DNA from: Vulcanimicrobiota bacterium
GTDB lineage: Bacteria; Vulcanimicrobiota; Vulcanimicrobiia; Vulcanimicrobiales; Vulcanimicrobiaceae
DNA: 64,000 nucleotides
NCBI GenBank assembly: GCA_963695225.1
Contig: OY968762.1
Location: 1,088,001-1,152,000, forward strand
Direction: 5' to 3'
The translations under genes were made by a program, and so were the position numbers. Below the pieces are notes generated by a model that saw only the letters and a list, made by a program, of their open reading frames with translations, had not been told where the DNA came from and did not search any database. Shown in pieces: positions 39,078-48,948 of the stretch (within the stretch, counting starts at the first letter, position 1; each line of letters starts with the position of its first letter).

Positions 39078-40508
39078 CTATCGCGCGCGCCGGGGATCCC
39101 TCGCGACGTCGTGGTTATAGGTCCCGCCGTGGGCCGCCGTCATAGCGTGAGCGACCGGGTGCGTCTCGAAATACTCGAGACAGCGACGAAGATCCGCGAC
39201 TAGGAGATCCGCCATGTCCCGGCTGAGGCCGTGGCGCACGAGGATGCGCATGACGACGACGTCTTCGATGTCGGGGACCATCGTGTACGCGGCGACCTGC
39301 CAGCCGCGGGCGCGCAGCCGGTCGGAGAGATCGAAGAGCGAGTAGCCGGCCTGGGCGCCCCGGCGCAACGTCCACGAAACGGCGGGTATGCCGTGCAGGC
39401 TGTCGCCGTTGAAAATGAGCTCGAACGGCCCGAGCGCCGCGATCTCGCGCGCGAGATACCGCGCCGTATCGTAGCACGCTTGGTGGATGAGCCGGTATCC
39501 TTCCTTTCCCAAGCGCAACATCAGATAATACTGGCAAACGATCTGGCCGCCGGGGCGCGAGAAGTTGAGTGCGAAGGTCGGCATGTCGCCGCCCAGGTAG
39601 TTGACGCGAAACACGAGATCGTCCGGCAAATCGTGCGCTTCGCGCCACAGGATCCAACCGACGCCCAGCGGCGCCAGCCCGTACTTATGCCCGGACGTGT
39701 TGATCGATTTGACGCGCGGAATGCGGAAGTCCCATTCCAACTCCGGATGGACGAACGGCGCGATGAACCCGCCCGAGGCCGCATCGACGTGAATCGGCAC
39801 GTCGAGGCCGGTCTCGCGCTCGAGCTTGTCGAGCGCCGCCGCGATCTCGGCGACGGGCTCGTACCGGCAGGTGAACGTCACGCCGAGCGTTGGGACGACG
39901 CCGATCGTATTCTCGTCGACGCGCGAGAGCGCTTCCGCGGGCGTCAATCCCAAGCGGTCGTGCGCGAGCGGCACTTCGCGCAATTCAACGTCGAAATAGC
40001 GCGCGAACTTGTGCCAGCACACTTGAACGGGCCCGGTGACGAGGTTCGGCCGATCCGCCGGCCTGCCGGCCTTCGCCTGCCGCGCCCGCCAGCGCCACTT
40101 CATCGCCAGGCCGCCCAGCATCGCGGCTTCGCTCGAGCCCGTCGTCGAACAGCCGATCGTCGTCGCGGCCGCGGGTGACTGCCAGAGATCGGCCAGCATG
40201 CGAACGCACTTGTTCTCGAGTTCCGCGGTCGCGGGATACTCGTCTTTGTCGATCATGTTCTTGTCGATGCTTTGATCCATCAGCTTGTGGATCTCGTCGT
40301 CGAACCACGTCTGGCAGAACGTCGCGAGATTCTGCCGCGCGTTCCCGTCGAGCATCAATTCGTCGTAGACGATGTGGTACGCAACGTCGGGGCGCAGGCC
40401 CTCGGCCGGCATCCGGCCCTTCGGCAAGGAGACGTGCATCGCACGCGTCGCGTAGACGTCGGTGTCCGATCCGTCCGGATGTGGCAGTCTCTTCCGATGA
40501 AGTGGCAT
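39078..40508 (-). CDS. gadB: Glutamate decarboxylase
   Basis: [30 protein letters not shown] and SGHK (PLP Lys). Confidence 0.95.
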   Translation of the reverse strand: MPLHRKRLPHPDGSDTDVYATRAMHVSLPKGRMPAEGLRPDVAYHIVYDELMLDGNARQNLATFCQTWFDDEIHKLMDQSIDKNMIDKDEYPATAELENKCVRMLADLWQSPAAATTIGCSTTGSSEAAMLGGLAMKWRWRARQAKAGRPADRPNLVTGPVQVCWHKFARYFDVELREVPLAHDRLGLTPAEALSRVDENTIGVVPTLGVTFTCRYEPVAEIAAALDKLERETGLDVPIHVDAASGGFIAPFVHPELEWDFRIPRVKSINTSGHKYGLAPLGVGWILWREAHDLPDDLVFRVNYLGGDMPTFALNFSRPGGQIVCQYYLMLRLGKEGYRLIHQACYDTARYLAREIAALGPFELIFNGDSLHGIPAVSWTLRRGAQAGYSLFDLSDRLRARGWQVAAYTMVPDIEDVVVMRILVRHGLSRDMADLLVADLRRCLEYFETHPVAHAMTAAHGGTYNHDVARDPRRAR

Positions 40509-40602
40509 CCTCCAACCTCCACGCTGCGCCCTTCGCCAAGCGCGTCACGATACCGCCGGCGTCAAGCCGGAGCCGGCTCGCGGCGGGCTCGGCCCTCGGC
40601 GC

Positions 40603-42222
40603 TCAGCCGGGGCTCAACGGCGCCTCGAGCGGGCGCGAGCGGTGCATCAGCAGCCAATCGGCGTTTTCGTACACTGCCTCTTTCCCCAGTTCGCGCATGA
40701 GCGCCGTGCGGAGGGTGGGATGCTCGTCCCAATCCCTCCGCGCGGTTTCGAACAAACGCGCCATCCGCGTCGTCTGCCGTGCCTCGTCTTGTATGCCCGT
40801 TTGGTCGATCCAGGAAAGAATGATGCCGGCAAACGCCGGCGCCACGGCCATCGCAAACACCAGCGCGTGCTCGAAGCCCGGCGGCGCTTCGAAGTATACG
40901 GCGAAGGCCGTCCCCGCCGCCGTCACGAGGCCGATGCTGTAGAGGAGGCGCGCGAGCGCTCGCAGACGCTTGACGACGAGCGTCCGGCGCACGGCTGCGG
41001 CTTGGAAATAGGCGGATTGCTCGGCGATCCACCTGCGCGCCGCAGGATACTCTTCGGGGCGGCCCGGCGCGGTGCGCGCCGCGCGGCGCGCGGCGAGCGT
41101 CGCCGCGACGTCGGCATCCGTCGCATAACCTCGCAACACGAGACGGATCCAATGCAGTTCGCCCGCGTGTTTGCGCAGATACGAATCTTCGACGGAATGC
41201 GACAGGCCGCTCGAGAGCCAAACGTGCTGGATGCGAAGCGCCTCCGCCAACGCGCGATATTCGAAGAAGCGCTTCTCGACGTGCGCCTTGCGCTGCCACG
41301 TCCAGACGGCGGCGCCGACGACCAGCGCCGCGAAATAGATCATCAGGACGACGGGCGTTCGCGCCAATTCGGCGTAGATGCCGAACGAGAGTACGAGCAC
41401 CGAGACCAAACACGCGAGGACGTTCCGTGTGCGCGCCAGCAAGCGATGATAGTGGATCGCGAGCGCGTCCGCCCGGTCTCGCGCGTCGGCCAACGGGTCT
41501 TGCCGGCTGGGTGAAACGTCCGGATGCGCGTTGTACACGTCGATGTCCCGCAGCGCGTCGGAGTACGGCTCGACGCTCTCCGCGGCGATGAAGCCCTCGA
41601 CGGGCAGCGGGGTCGCGGGATCCGTCTCGCTCGCGGCGGGGATCACGTAGATCAGGCCGAGTTCGATCGGATCCAGCCGCTCGGCGTCGGCGCGCAACTT
41701 TCCGGTGAGCTTCGCCCGGATCGTCCACGCCGTGCCGCCGAGCGCCGGACTCTCGACGCCGTTCCAGATCGCGAGCAACAGTTGCGTGCGAACCGCAAGG
41801 AAGTCGCCGAGCGCGGCGTACTGCTCTTGCGCCCGGATGCCGGTACGCTGCGGATCGGACGTGATGTGCTCGTCTTTGGTGCCGGAGAGGAGCGGGAGTT
41901 CGATGACGCGATCGGCGCGGGCGAGGATTTCGCGAAACTGCGGCAGCGCGGGGCCCGGAAACTCGGCTTCGTACAATTGAAGCGGCATCGGAAGAACCGC
42001 CACGAGCGAGATCCCGCGGGCGATCGCCGCCTCGGCCGCGAGTTGATCGGCCCCCTGTGCAAGGCCGCTGTAGAGGACCAGCGTCGTGTTGGGGTAGCGC
42101 TCCCGCAAGCGCTCGAAGAACCGCTCGACGCGCGAACGAACGTCCGCGACGTTCTCGGCGGCTCCCAGATCGCGATGGCCGCTGACCCCGATGAGCAGTG
42201 GTATTCCGGACGCCGACTTCAC
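40603..42222 (-). CDS. SLOG-like nucleotide-binding domain + multi-TM SLATT-like effector
   Basis: IGVSGHRD, SGLAQGAD and AIWNG..GGT (SLOG); TM pairs with YRALAEALR, WIAEQSAYF and ENADW. Confidence 0.7.
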   Translation of the reverse strand: MKSASGIPLLIGVSGHRDLGAAENVADVRSRVERFFERLRERYPNTTLVLYSGLAQGADQLAAEAAIARGISLVAVLPMPLQLYEAEFPGPALPQFREILARADRVIELPLLSGTKDEHITSDPQRTGIRAQEQYAALGDFLAVRTQLLLAIWNGVESPALGGTAWTIRAKLTGKLRADAERLDPIELGLIYVIPAASETDPATPLPVEGFIAAESVEPYSDALRDIDVYNAHPDVSPSRQDPLADARDRADALAIHYHRLLARTRNVLACLVSVLVLSFGIYAELARTPVVLMIYFAALVVGAAVWTWQRKAHVEKRFFEYRALAEALRIQHVWLSSGLSHSVEDSYLRKHAGELHWIRLVLRGYATDADVAATLAARRAARTAPGRPEEYPAARRWIAEQSAYFQAAAVRRTLVVKRLRALARLLYSIGLVTAAGTAFAVYFEAPPGFEHALVFAMAVAPAFAGIILSWIDQTGIQDEARQTTRMARLFETARRDWDEHPTLRTALMRELGKEAVYENADWLLMHRSRPLEAPLSPG

Positions 42223-42450
42223 CTATCACATCCTCCGAGATTCCCGTCGGCCGAAGACGGTCTGCGAGTTCCGAGACAACTCGCAGCCCGCGCCGGTTTC
42301 CGAAGCGCGCGACGCGGCTCTCTGCGGGCGCCGGGCAACCCGGATGCCGGGACCATTGCTAGGCGGGCCAAAAGACCTATCCGATTCGCGAAGGCCATTA
42401 AGGCGTGACTAACAAATCCGTCGCGTTAACCTAACGGCTGGAGGAACTCC

Positions 42451-43995
42451 ATGTCCGCATTTCGTCTGCTTGCGCAGATCGCGCCGGCCATTTTTGTCGT
42501 CGGACTCGCCGCTTGCAGCGGACAGGGCGGCATGCAGCAGTCCTCGAGCGTCCTCCCCGCGCAGCCGCCTGCGGCGGGCTCTCCGGCGCAGCAGCCGCTA
42601 GGCGTGGGGGCGGGTTCGCCGGCGACCGGGGAGGCTACGGTAAGCGCTCCGCTCTCCTCGACGCCCACGTCGTTCGCGATCCCGCTCTCGGGCGGCTACA
42701 GCGCGACGTTGAGCTTGCACGCGACGAGCGTTCCGCCCGGCACGAAGCTGCTGCTTGGCGTCCGCCAGCCGCCTGCCTTTGACGCGGCCGCGAGCGGCTC
42801 GCGGAGCGCCGCTTCGCTAACGGCGAAGACGTGCCCGGCAACGTTCACGATCCCGCTGTACAACCCGTTCCCGTTTGCGATCACGCTGCGCGTCGACGGT
42901 TTCACGCTGCATCTTCCCTGCACCGTGGGCGGGACGCTTTTCGGAGTGAGCTTCTATCAAGTGAAGCCCGCGCCCACGACCGTTTCGGCGCTGAAGGTCG
43001 GCGACGTCACGGCAAGCGGGAAATCGATCGTCTTCACGTCCGACGTCGCGAGCGTCACGCTGCCGCCCCACACGCAGACGGCGCTCAGCATCGTCCCCGA
43101 AAGCTCGACGAGCGAAGTCGCCGTTCCGATCGTTCCCGGCGCGAACACCGTGCTGACATCGAACGCGCCGTCGCTTCCGTCCACTCTGGCCTTGACCTAT
43201 GGGAGCAGCGGCGGCGGCGGATCGCTGTTCTCCTCCGCCTGTTTCCCGGCGTACGTCGCCGGAGTGCTCGCTCCGGCGTTGGCGGGCGTCCCGATCCTCG
43301 GAATACCGTCGTTCTACTGCCAACTCGGAACCGTCGATTCGCCGACGGTGCTGTTCGGAGCGCCGACGGTGACGTTCACGGTCGGTGCGCCGGCGCCGGA
43401 CCGCGTCTTCGTGGGGCTCGACGGACCGACTTCGGAAAATCTCTGCACGGAGAGCGGCACGACGACGTGCGTCACGCCGGCGTTCACCGTTCCGACGATC
43501 CAAAACGTGATCGTCGGAAACGTCGCCGATTTGCAAGTCTGCGTCCCCGCGACCGAGGGCACGAATTGCAACAGCAACGCCAACCCCGCGGCTTCACCCG
43601 CCCCTACCGCGACCTCCGTGCCGCACAATCACGAAGTGCAACTGCTGGTCGCGGACGACTCCACGTACACGGCCGTCCCCGGGACGTGCACGGCTCCGGC
43701 GATCTGCGGCGGCTACTCGGTCGATACGTCGGCCGGTTCGTGCGCGATCAACAACGGCCCGGACGAGAACAGCGACGTGCCGCCGCCGCCGCCGGCATAC
43801 AAGGATCCGGGCGGCCCGCAAGAGACCCCGCCCGTATCTTCGGGAACGTCCACCCACGCGATCTTCCACGCCGTGGGCCCGTATGCGGAGTTCGACCTGA
43901 TCGCCGGCAGCGCCGGGACGACCTGCAGCGTCACCGTGACCGAAACCGACGGCCCGCTCCTCCGCTCGGCGACCTACACGGTGAAGGTAAACTAG
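42451..43995 (+). CDS. Large Pro/Thr/Cys-rich lipoprotein
   Basis: Lipobox LAAC; GGAGG RBS; beta-rich sequence. Confidence 0.75.
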   Translation: MSAFRLLAQIAPAIFVVGLAACSGQGGMQQSSSVLPAQPPAAGSPAQQPLGVGAGSPATGEATVSAPLSSTPTSFAIPLSGGYSATLSLHATSVPPGTKLLLGVRQPPAFDAAASGSRSAASLTAKTCPATFTIPLYNPFPFAITLRVDGFTLHLPCTVGGTLFGVSFYQVKPAPTTVSALKVGDVTASGKSIVFTSDVASVTLPPHTQTALSIVPESSTSEVAVPIVPGANTVLTSNAPSLPSTLALTYGSSGGGGSLFSSACFPAYVAGVLAPALAGVPILGIPSFYCQLGTVDSPTVLFGAPTVTFTVGAPAPDRVFVGLDGPTSENLCTESGTTTCVTPAFTVPTIQNVIVGNVADLQVCVPATEGTNCNSNANPAASPAPTATSVPHNHEVQLLVADDSTYTAVPGTCTAPAICGGYSVDTSAGSCAINNGPDENSDVPPPPPAYKDPGGPQETPPVSSGTSTHAIFHAVGPYAEFDLIAGSAGTTCSVTVTETDGPLLRSATYTVKVN

Positions 43996-44009
43996 CCCGC
44001 AGGCCTTCC

Positions 44010-47000
44010 TTAGATCTTCAGCGCGAGTCCGATTGCGGCTTCTTGCTCGAGCACGCTACCCGCCCGCGCCGCTTCCTCGAGCGCAGCGCTCTCGTGAGCC
44101 CCGCGCAGAGCGGCTTGCACCTTGTCGTAGAGCGATTGCTCCGTGTACTCGCGGTCGATGCCGAGTGCCGTCAGCCGCGCATCGACGAACCCGAGCAGCG
44201 TAGCGGCGATGCGCCGGCTTTCCCGCTCCGCAGGCTCGCGCAGAGCGGCGACGCCGGCGAGGTGCTGCAGCGCGAAGACGACGTCGATATCGCTCGGCGC
44301 ATCGTGCCGCTGCCGAATCAGCTCGCGTGCGTATGCGCGCACGTCGGCGAAATTCCCCACTTCCAGGCTGAAGGCGGCAAGATTGCACAGCAGCCACATG
44401 AGGACGTTCGTCTCGAGTCGCCGCGTGCGCGCGGCCTCCAGCCCTTCCATTCCGGCGGCGAGCGCGGCTCGAGCATCCCCGCACCGAAATTCCGCGTCGG
44501 CCAGGTTTCCGGCCGTCACCGCGACGTTGTAGTCGTCGCGGCTTTCCCGAAAGCTCGCCAGCGCCTGGGCAAAGAACTCGCGAGCCCCGGTGACGTCGTC
44601 CTTCAGCGCGCGCGCCGTCCCGAGATCGCGCAAGATGCCGCCGACGCGGCGAAACCCGAGCGCGCGAAGGCTCGTCAGCGATTCTCGCAGCAACTCCTCG
44701 CCTTCATCAGCCTCTCCGAGCAGCACCAGCGAACGCCCGGCCCAGCGGCGGGCGTTCGCCACCCCGCGCTCGTCGCCGAGCTGCTCGAAGATCGCGAGCG
44801 CGTGCCGTGCGGCGGCGAGCGCGGGGCGAATCTGACTCATCGTAGAGGCGAGCGTCGCCGCGGAGATCTCGAGGCGCGCGACGACCTTCGGCGGCGTTGA
44901 CGGCGAGACCGCGGCGAGCGCGCTCTCGACCCAGCGGCGCGCTTCCGCGGCCCTGAACGCGACGAGAACGCGCCGCAGCGTGGCGGCGAGCCGCTGCCCG
45001 ACCAGCACATCGCCGTGCTCGCCGAACGACCATGCGAGCGCGGCCAGGACGTTCTCGACTTCGCTCGCCGTTTGCTCGAGCCACGGCGCGTAATCGACTT
45101 CTTCGTAATCGCGTTCGAGTTGCTCGGCGAGTTCCGCGAAGGCTGCCGCGTGGCGGCCGGCGACTTCGGCGGCCTCGCCGCTTTGGATAGATTTCTCGCG
45201 GCCGTATTCGCGGATCGATTCGAGCACGCGGCAGCGCGCCTCCGCTTCCGAAGGCTCGGCCACCACCAGCGACTTGTCGACGAGCGACGCGAGCAGATCG
45301 AGAACGTCGAAATCGCTCGTCTCGGCGTTGGCGCAGACCACGCTCGCCGTCTGCATGGAGAAGCTCCCGGCGAAGACCGAGACGTCGCGGACGAGGCGCT
45401 GCTCCTGCGCGGAGAGCAGATCGTAGCTCCAATCGATGAGCGCGCGCATCGTCTGTTGGCGCGGCAGGGCCGTACGATCGCCCCCGGTGAGGACGCGAAA
45501 GCGCTCGTCGAGCTGCTTTGCGAGTTGGCTCGGCGAGAGCATGCGCATCCGCGCGGCCGCAAGCTCGATCGCGAGCGGAATGCCGTCCAACCGGCTGCAG
45601 ATTTCTACGACGACCGGCGCGTTTTCGTCGGTCAGCCGAAACGCGCGGTTCGAGGCGCGCGCGCGATCCCCGAACAATTCGATCGCGCCGTAGGCCAGCG
45701 CGGCTTCCGCGGCGATGGGCTTGCCGCGTTCCGGGACGGCGAGCGTCGGCATCTGGTAAACAGCCTCGCCCGCGACCTTCAAGAGCTCGCGGCTCGTCGC
45801 GACGATCTTGACGTCCGGACAACCGGCAAGAATGGCGGCCGCCGCTCTCGCCGCCTCGCCGATGACGTGCTCGCAGTTATCCAGCAAGAGCAGCGCGCGC
45901 TTGCGCTCCAACTGTGCGGTCAGCGTCTCGAGCACCGGCTTCCCCGGCAGCTCGCGCACGCCCACGGCGGTGGCGATTTCACCCGCAACGAGTGCGGGAT
46001 CGCGCAAGGGCGCCAAGTCGACGCACCAGACGCCGTCGTCGAAACGGTCGAGGAGGCGCGCGCCGATTTCCTGCGAGCAGCGAGTCTTGCCGAGGCCGCC
46101 CGCGCCGAACAGCGTGACGAGGCGCTCGCCCTCCAACAATCGCTCGATCTCCGCCACGACGTTCTCGCGTCCGACGAAGCTGGAGCGCTGCTGCGGCAAG
46201 TTCGTCGCATGCGTGCCGAGGGAGCGCAGCTTCGGGAATTCGGCCCGAAGCCCGGGAGCCGTAAGCTGGAACACTCGCTCCGGCGTCGACTGATCTTTGA
46301 GCCGGTGCTCGCCGAGATCCCGAAGTTCGGCACCCGCGGGAAGGCCGGAGGCCGCAATGGCGGCGGCGGTTCCGGAGACGAGCATCTGCCCGCCGTGGCC
46401 GATTGCAAGCAGCGCAGCGACGCGGTTCGGCGCCGGCCCGAAGTAGTCGCCGTCGCGTTCGTCGGACATTCCGACGTGCAACGCCATGCGCACGGGCAAG
46501 CCGCCGACGGCGGAAAAATCGGCTTCGGCCAAGGCGCGCTGCGCCGCAAGCGACGCGCCGACCGCTTCGTCGGCGCGCTGAAATACCGCGCAGAAACCGT
46601 CGCCGATCGTCTTGAAGACGTGCCCCCCGAATTCGGCGACAGCGGCGCGCAGCAAGGCATCGTGCGCCAGCACCGCAGCCTGCATCTCCGCCGGGCTCCG
46701 TTCCCAACGCGCGGCGGAACCTTCGATGTTGGTGAACAGGAAGGCAACGATCCCCGTAGGGAAGCGCGGCCTTTCAGCCGTCGCTTGCGACGACTTGCCG
46801 TTGGAAGGCGCGCCGGCCACATCCCCGGGGCCCACGCGCGCCGCGAGCAGCCCGCGACGAAGCCGGTCGAACCCTTCGGCCTGCGACGCCGGATCGGTGA
46901 TATCGGCGAATTGCAGGTCCGTGATGAAGCTCGGGATGCGTTCGGTGATCGGCTCGACGACGACGGGGAAGATCGGTTTCCCGCCCAACTCCGCTTGATT

Positions 47001-47228
47001 GAACTCGCGCAAACATTCGGGCGAACGCAGCCAATCGTCCGAGAGGCACGCGATGACGGCCTCGCAATTCGAGCCGATGTCGTTGAGAGCTTGCCGCCAC
47101 CGTTCGCCCGCATGGATGCTGTGCAGATCGAGGTAGATCTGCTCTAACTCCCAGCCTTGCTCGACGAGCCAATCGCGCACCGCGATCGCCTTCTCGTTAT
47201 TCCGGCTGGAATGGCTAATGAAGATCAC
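44010..47228 (-). CDS. TIR + class III cyclase-like + NB-ARC/STAND ATPase + TPR protein
   Basis: IFISHS..CLREF (TIR); FLFTNIEGS..KTIGDGF..YFGP (cyclase); GAGGLGKT, LLLDNCEH and LDGIPLAIELAAAR (STAND); helical repeats. Confidence 0.88.
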   Translation of the reverse strand: MIFISHSSRNNEKAIAVRDWLVEQGWELEQIYLDLHSIHAGERWRQALNDIGSNCEAVIACLSDDWLRSPECLREFNQAELGGKPIFPVVVEPITERIPSFITDLQFADITDPASQAEGFDRLRRGLLAARVGPGDVAGAPSNGKSSQATAERPRFPTGIVAFLFTNIEGSAARWERSPAEMQAAVLAHDALLRAAVAEFGGHVFKTIGDGFCAVFQRADEAVGASLAAQRALAEADFSAVGGLPVRMALHVGMSDERDGDYFGPAPNRVAALLAIGHGGQMLVSGTAAAIAASGLPAGAELRDLGEHRLKDQSTPERVFQLTAPGLRAEFPKLRSLGTHATNLPQQRSSFVGRENVVAEIERLLEGERLVTLFGAGGLGKTRCSQEIGARLLDRFDDGVWCVDLAPLRDPALVAGEIATAVGVRELPGKPVLETLTAQLERKRALLLLDNCEHVIGEAARAAAAILAGCPDVKIVATSRELLKVAGEAVYQMPTLAVPERGKPIAAEAALAYGAIELFGDRARASNRAFRLTDENAPVVVEICSRLDGIPLAIELAAARMRMLSPSQLAKQLDERFRVLTGGDRTALPRQQTMRALIDWSYDLLSAQEQRLVRDVSVFAGSFSMQTASVVCANAETSDFDVLDLLASLVDKSLVVAEPSEAEARCRVLESIREYGREKSIQSGEAAEVAGRHAAAFAELAEQLERDYEEVDYAPWLEQTASEVENVLAALAWSFGEHGDVLVGQRLAATLRRVLVAFRAAEARRWVESALAAVSPSTPPKVVARLEISAATLASTMSQIRPALAAARHALAIFEQLGDERGVANARRWAGRSLVLLGEADEGEELLRESLTSLRALGFRRVGGILRDLGTARALKDDVTGAREFFAQALASFRESRDDYNVAVTAGNLADAEFRCGDARAALAAGMEGLEAARTRRLETNVLMWLLCNLAAFSLEVGNFADVRAYARELIRQRHDAPSDIDVVFALQHLAGVAALREPAERESRRIAATLLGFVDARLTALGIDREYTEQSLYDKVQAALRGAHESAALEEAARAGSVLEQEAAIGLALKI

Positions 47229-47353
47229 GGGCGGCTCCGCCGGCCGCAGCGCATCGGCACGCCGATCCGCAGGTCGCGTTCATCATCCGTCTTCACCGCG
47301 CTAGCCTTCGACGGACTCCGCCGTTCACCGCCGGACGGCGCTCCAGCCGGGTG

Positions 47354-48844
47354 TTAGTGCCCGGGGACGAGCAAGTCGACGAAGCGCAGACCGAAGGCAA
47401 AGAGTGCCGAGCCGAGCAGCACGCAGACCGGAAGCGTCAGCACCCACGCGAGCAGGATGTTGCGTAGCGTCTCTCGTTGCAAGCCGGAGCCGTTCGCGGC
47501 CATCGTGCCCGCGACGCCGGAGGAGAGGATGTGCGTGGTGCTGACCGGCAGCCCGTAGCGGTCGGCCGCGAAGATCGTGAACATCGCGATCAGCTCTGCA
47601 CAAGCGCCTTGGCCGTACGTCAGGTGCGACTTGCCGATTTTCTCGCCGACCGTCACGACGATGCGCTTCCAGCCGATCATCGTACCGAAACCGAGCGCGA
47701 GAGCGACGGCGAACTTCACCCACACGGGGATGAACTTCGTGATCGATTCCAGCGAGGACTTGTACGCCTTCAGCTTGTCGGCCGAATCGGCGGGCAATAG
47801 CTTCTTCTTATCGAGCTTGCCGAGCGTCTCGCCGACGAGATAGAGATTCGAACGGAACGCGGCGCGCTCTTCGCTCGGGACGTCCTTGAGCGTTGTCTTC
47901 GAACCGAGCTCTTTCGTGATCTCCGCGTTGACGGCGGCGAGGGCCGGCAGGGTCTGCGGCGTTTGCTTGCCGTTCGCCTTGATGAACGCCGAAAGTTCCT
48001 TCGACGCGTCCTGCACGGAGAGTGCCGCGGGACCGCCGGCCATTCCGTCAAGCGATTGTTGCACCGAGACGCTCGCGGCCTGGATCTTGGCGATCGTGGC
48101 CGCCGGCAAATCCAAGTTGAGCGCGTAAACGGTCGGTACGATGCCGATCAGGATGAGCATGATCAGGCCCATCCCCTTCTGCCCGTCGTTCGAGCCATGC
48201 GCGAAGCTCACGCCGGTGCACGTGAGGACGAGCAACGCGCGAATCCACGGCGGGGGAGGCTTCGGGCCTTCGGGCGCGGTGTAGAGCTCAGGGCTCTTGA
48301 CCAGAAGCTTCAGCAGCAGCAGCAGAGCGCCGGCGCACACGAAGCCGATGACCGGCGAGATGAGCAACGCGGCAAACGTATCCTGAACTTTGCCCCAGTT
48401 GACGCCGTCGCCGAACGACTGGCCCTTCGTCAGCAGCGAGTTCGCCAGGCCGACGCCGACGATCGAACCGATCAGCGTGTGCGAACTCGAGGCGGGCAGC
48501 CCGAGATACCAGGTCCCCAAGTTCCATAAGATGGCGGAGACGAGCAGCGCGAACACCATCGCGAAGCCTGCATGCGAACCGACGTTCAACACGAGTTCGA
48601 CCGGGAGCAGCGCGATGATCCCGAACGCGACGAGCCCCGTCGAGAGCAGAACGCCGGTCAGATTCCAAAGGCCCGACCAGACCACCGCAACCCACGGCGG
48701 CAAGGTGTGCGTGTAAATGACGGTCGCGACCGCGTTCGCCGTGTCGTGAAACCCGTTCACGAACTCGAAGCTGAACGCCAGCAGCAGCGCGAGGACCAAC
48801 AGAACGAGCGTCCACCCGGTTAGGGAACCAAAGATATCTCCCAC
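47354..48844 (-). CDS. pitA: Inorganic phosphate transporter (PiT family)
   Basis: NGFHDTANAVAT, GLPASSSH, AHGSNDGQK and PVSTTH. Confidence 0.92.
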   Translation of the reverse strand: MGDIFGSLTGWTLVLLVLALLLAFSFEFVNGFHDTANAVATVIYTHTLPPWVAVVWSGLWNLTGVLLSTGLVAFGIIALLPVELVLNVGSHAGFAMVFALLVSAILWNLGTWYLGLPASSSHTLIGSIVGVGLANSLLTKGQSFGDGVNWGKVQDTFAALLISPVIGFVCAGALLLLLKLLVKSPELYTAPEGPKPPPPWIRALLVLTCTGVSFAHGSNDGQKGMGLIMLILIGIVPTVYALNLDLPAATIAKIQAASVSVQQSLDGMAGGPAALSVQDASKELSAFIKANGKQTPQTLPALAAVNAEITKELGSKTTLKDVPSEERAAFRSNLYLVGETLGKLDKKKLLPADSADKLKAYKSSLESITKFIPVWVKFAVALALGFGTMIGWKRIVVTVGEKIGKSHLTYGQGACAELIAMFTIFAADRYGLPVSTTHILSSGVAGTMAANGSGLQRETLRNILLAWVLTLPVCVLLGSALFAFGLRFVDLLVPGH

Positions 48845-48851
48845 GCGCCGG

Positions 48852-48897
48852 ATTATACGGGCTGGAAGATTAAGGCGCACTTAAGGTGAGCCTAAAG
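48852..48897 (-). promoter_or_regulatory. pitA promoter: TATAAT plus three 11-bp-spaced direct repeats (PHO-box/OmpR-type)
   Basis: Plus-strand TTAAGG at 48870 and 48881, CTAAAG at 48892; minus-strand TATAAT 7 nt before GTG. Confidence 0.55.
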
Positions 48898-48948
48898 TCT
48901 CGACTAGCCGAGCTTAATAAGACGAGGGCGCAAAGATTTGGGAGAACT

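Noticed and set aside
39078..40508. gadB without a gadC antiporter as a novel system
   Set aside because: Solitary glutamate decarboxylases are common; consistent with ordinary acid tolerance or the GABA shunt.
42831..47147. Long plus-strand ORFs (689 aa, 710 aa) over the lipoprotein and TIR-STAND genes
   Set aside because: Arg/Ala-rich alternative-frame or antisense shadows with no recognisable domains.
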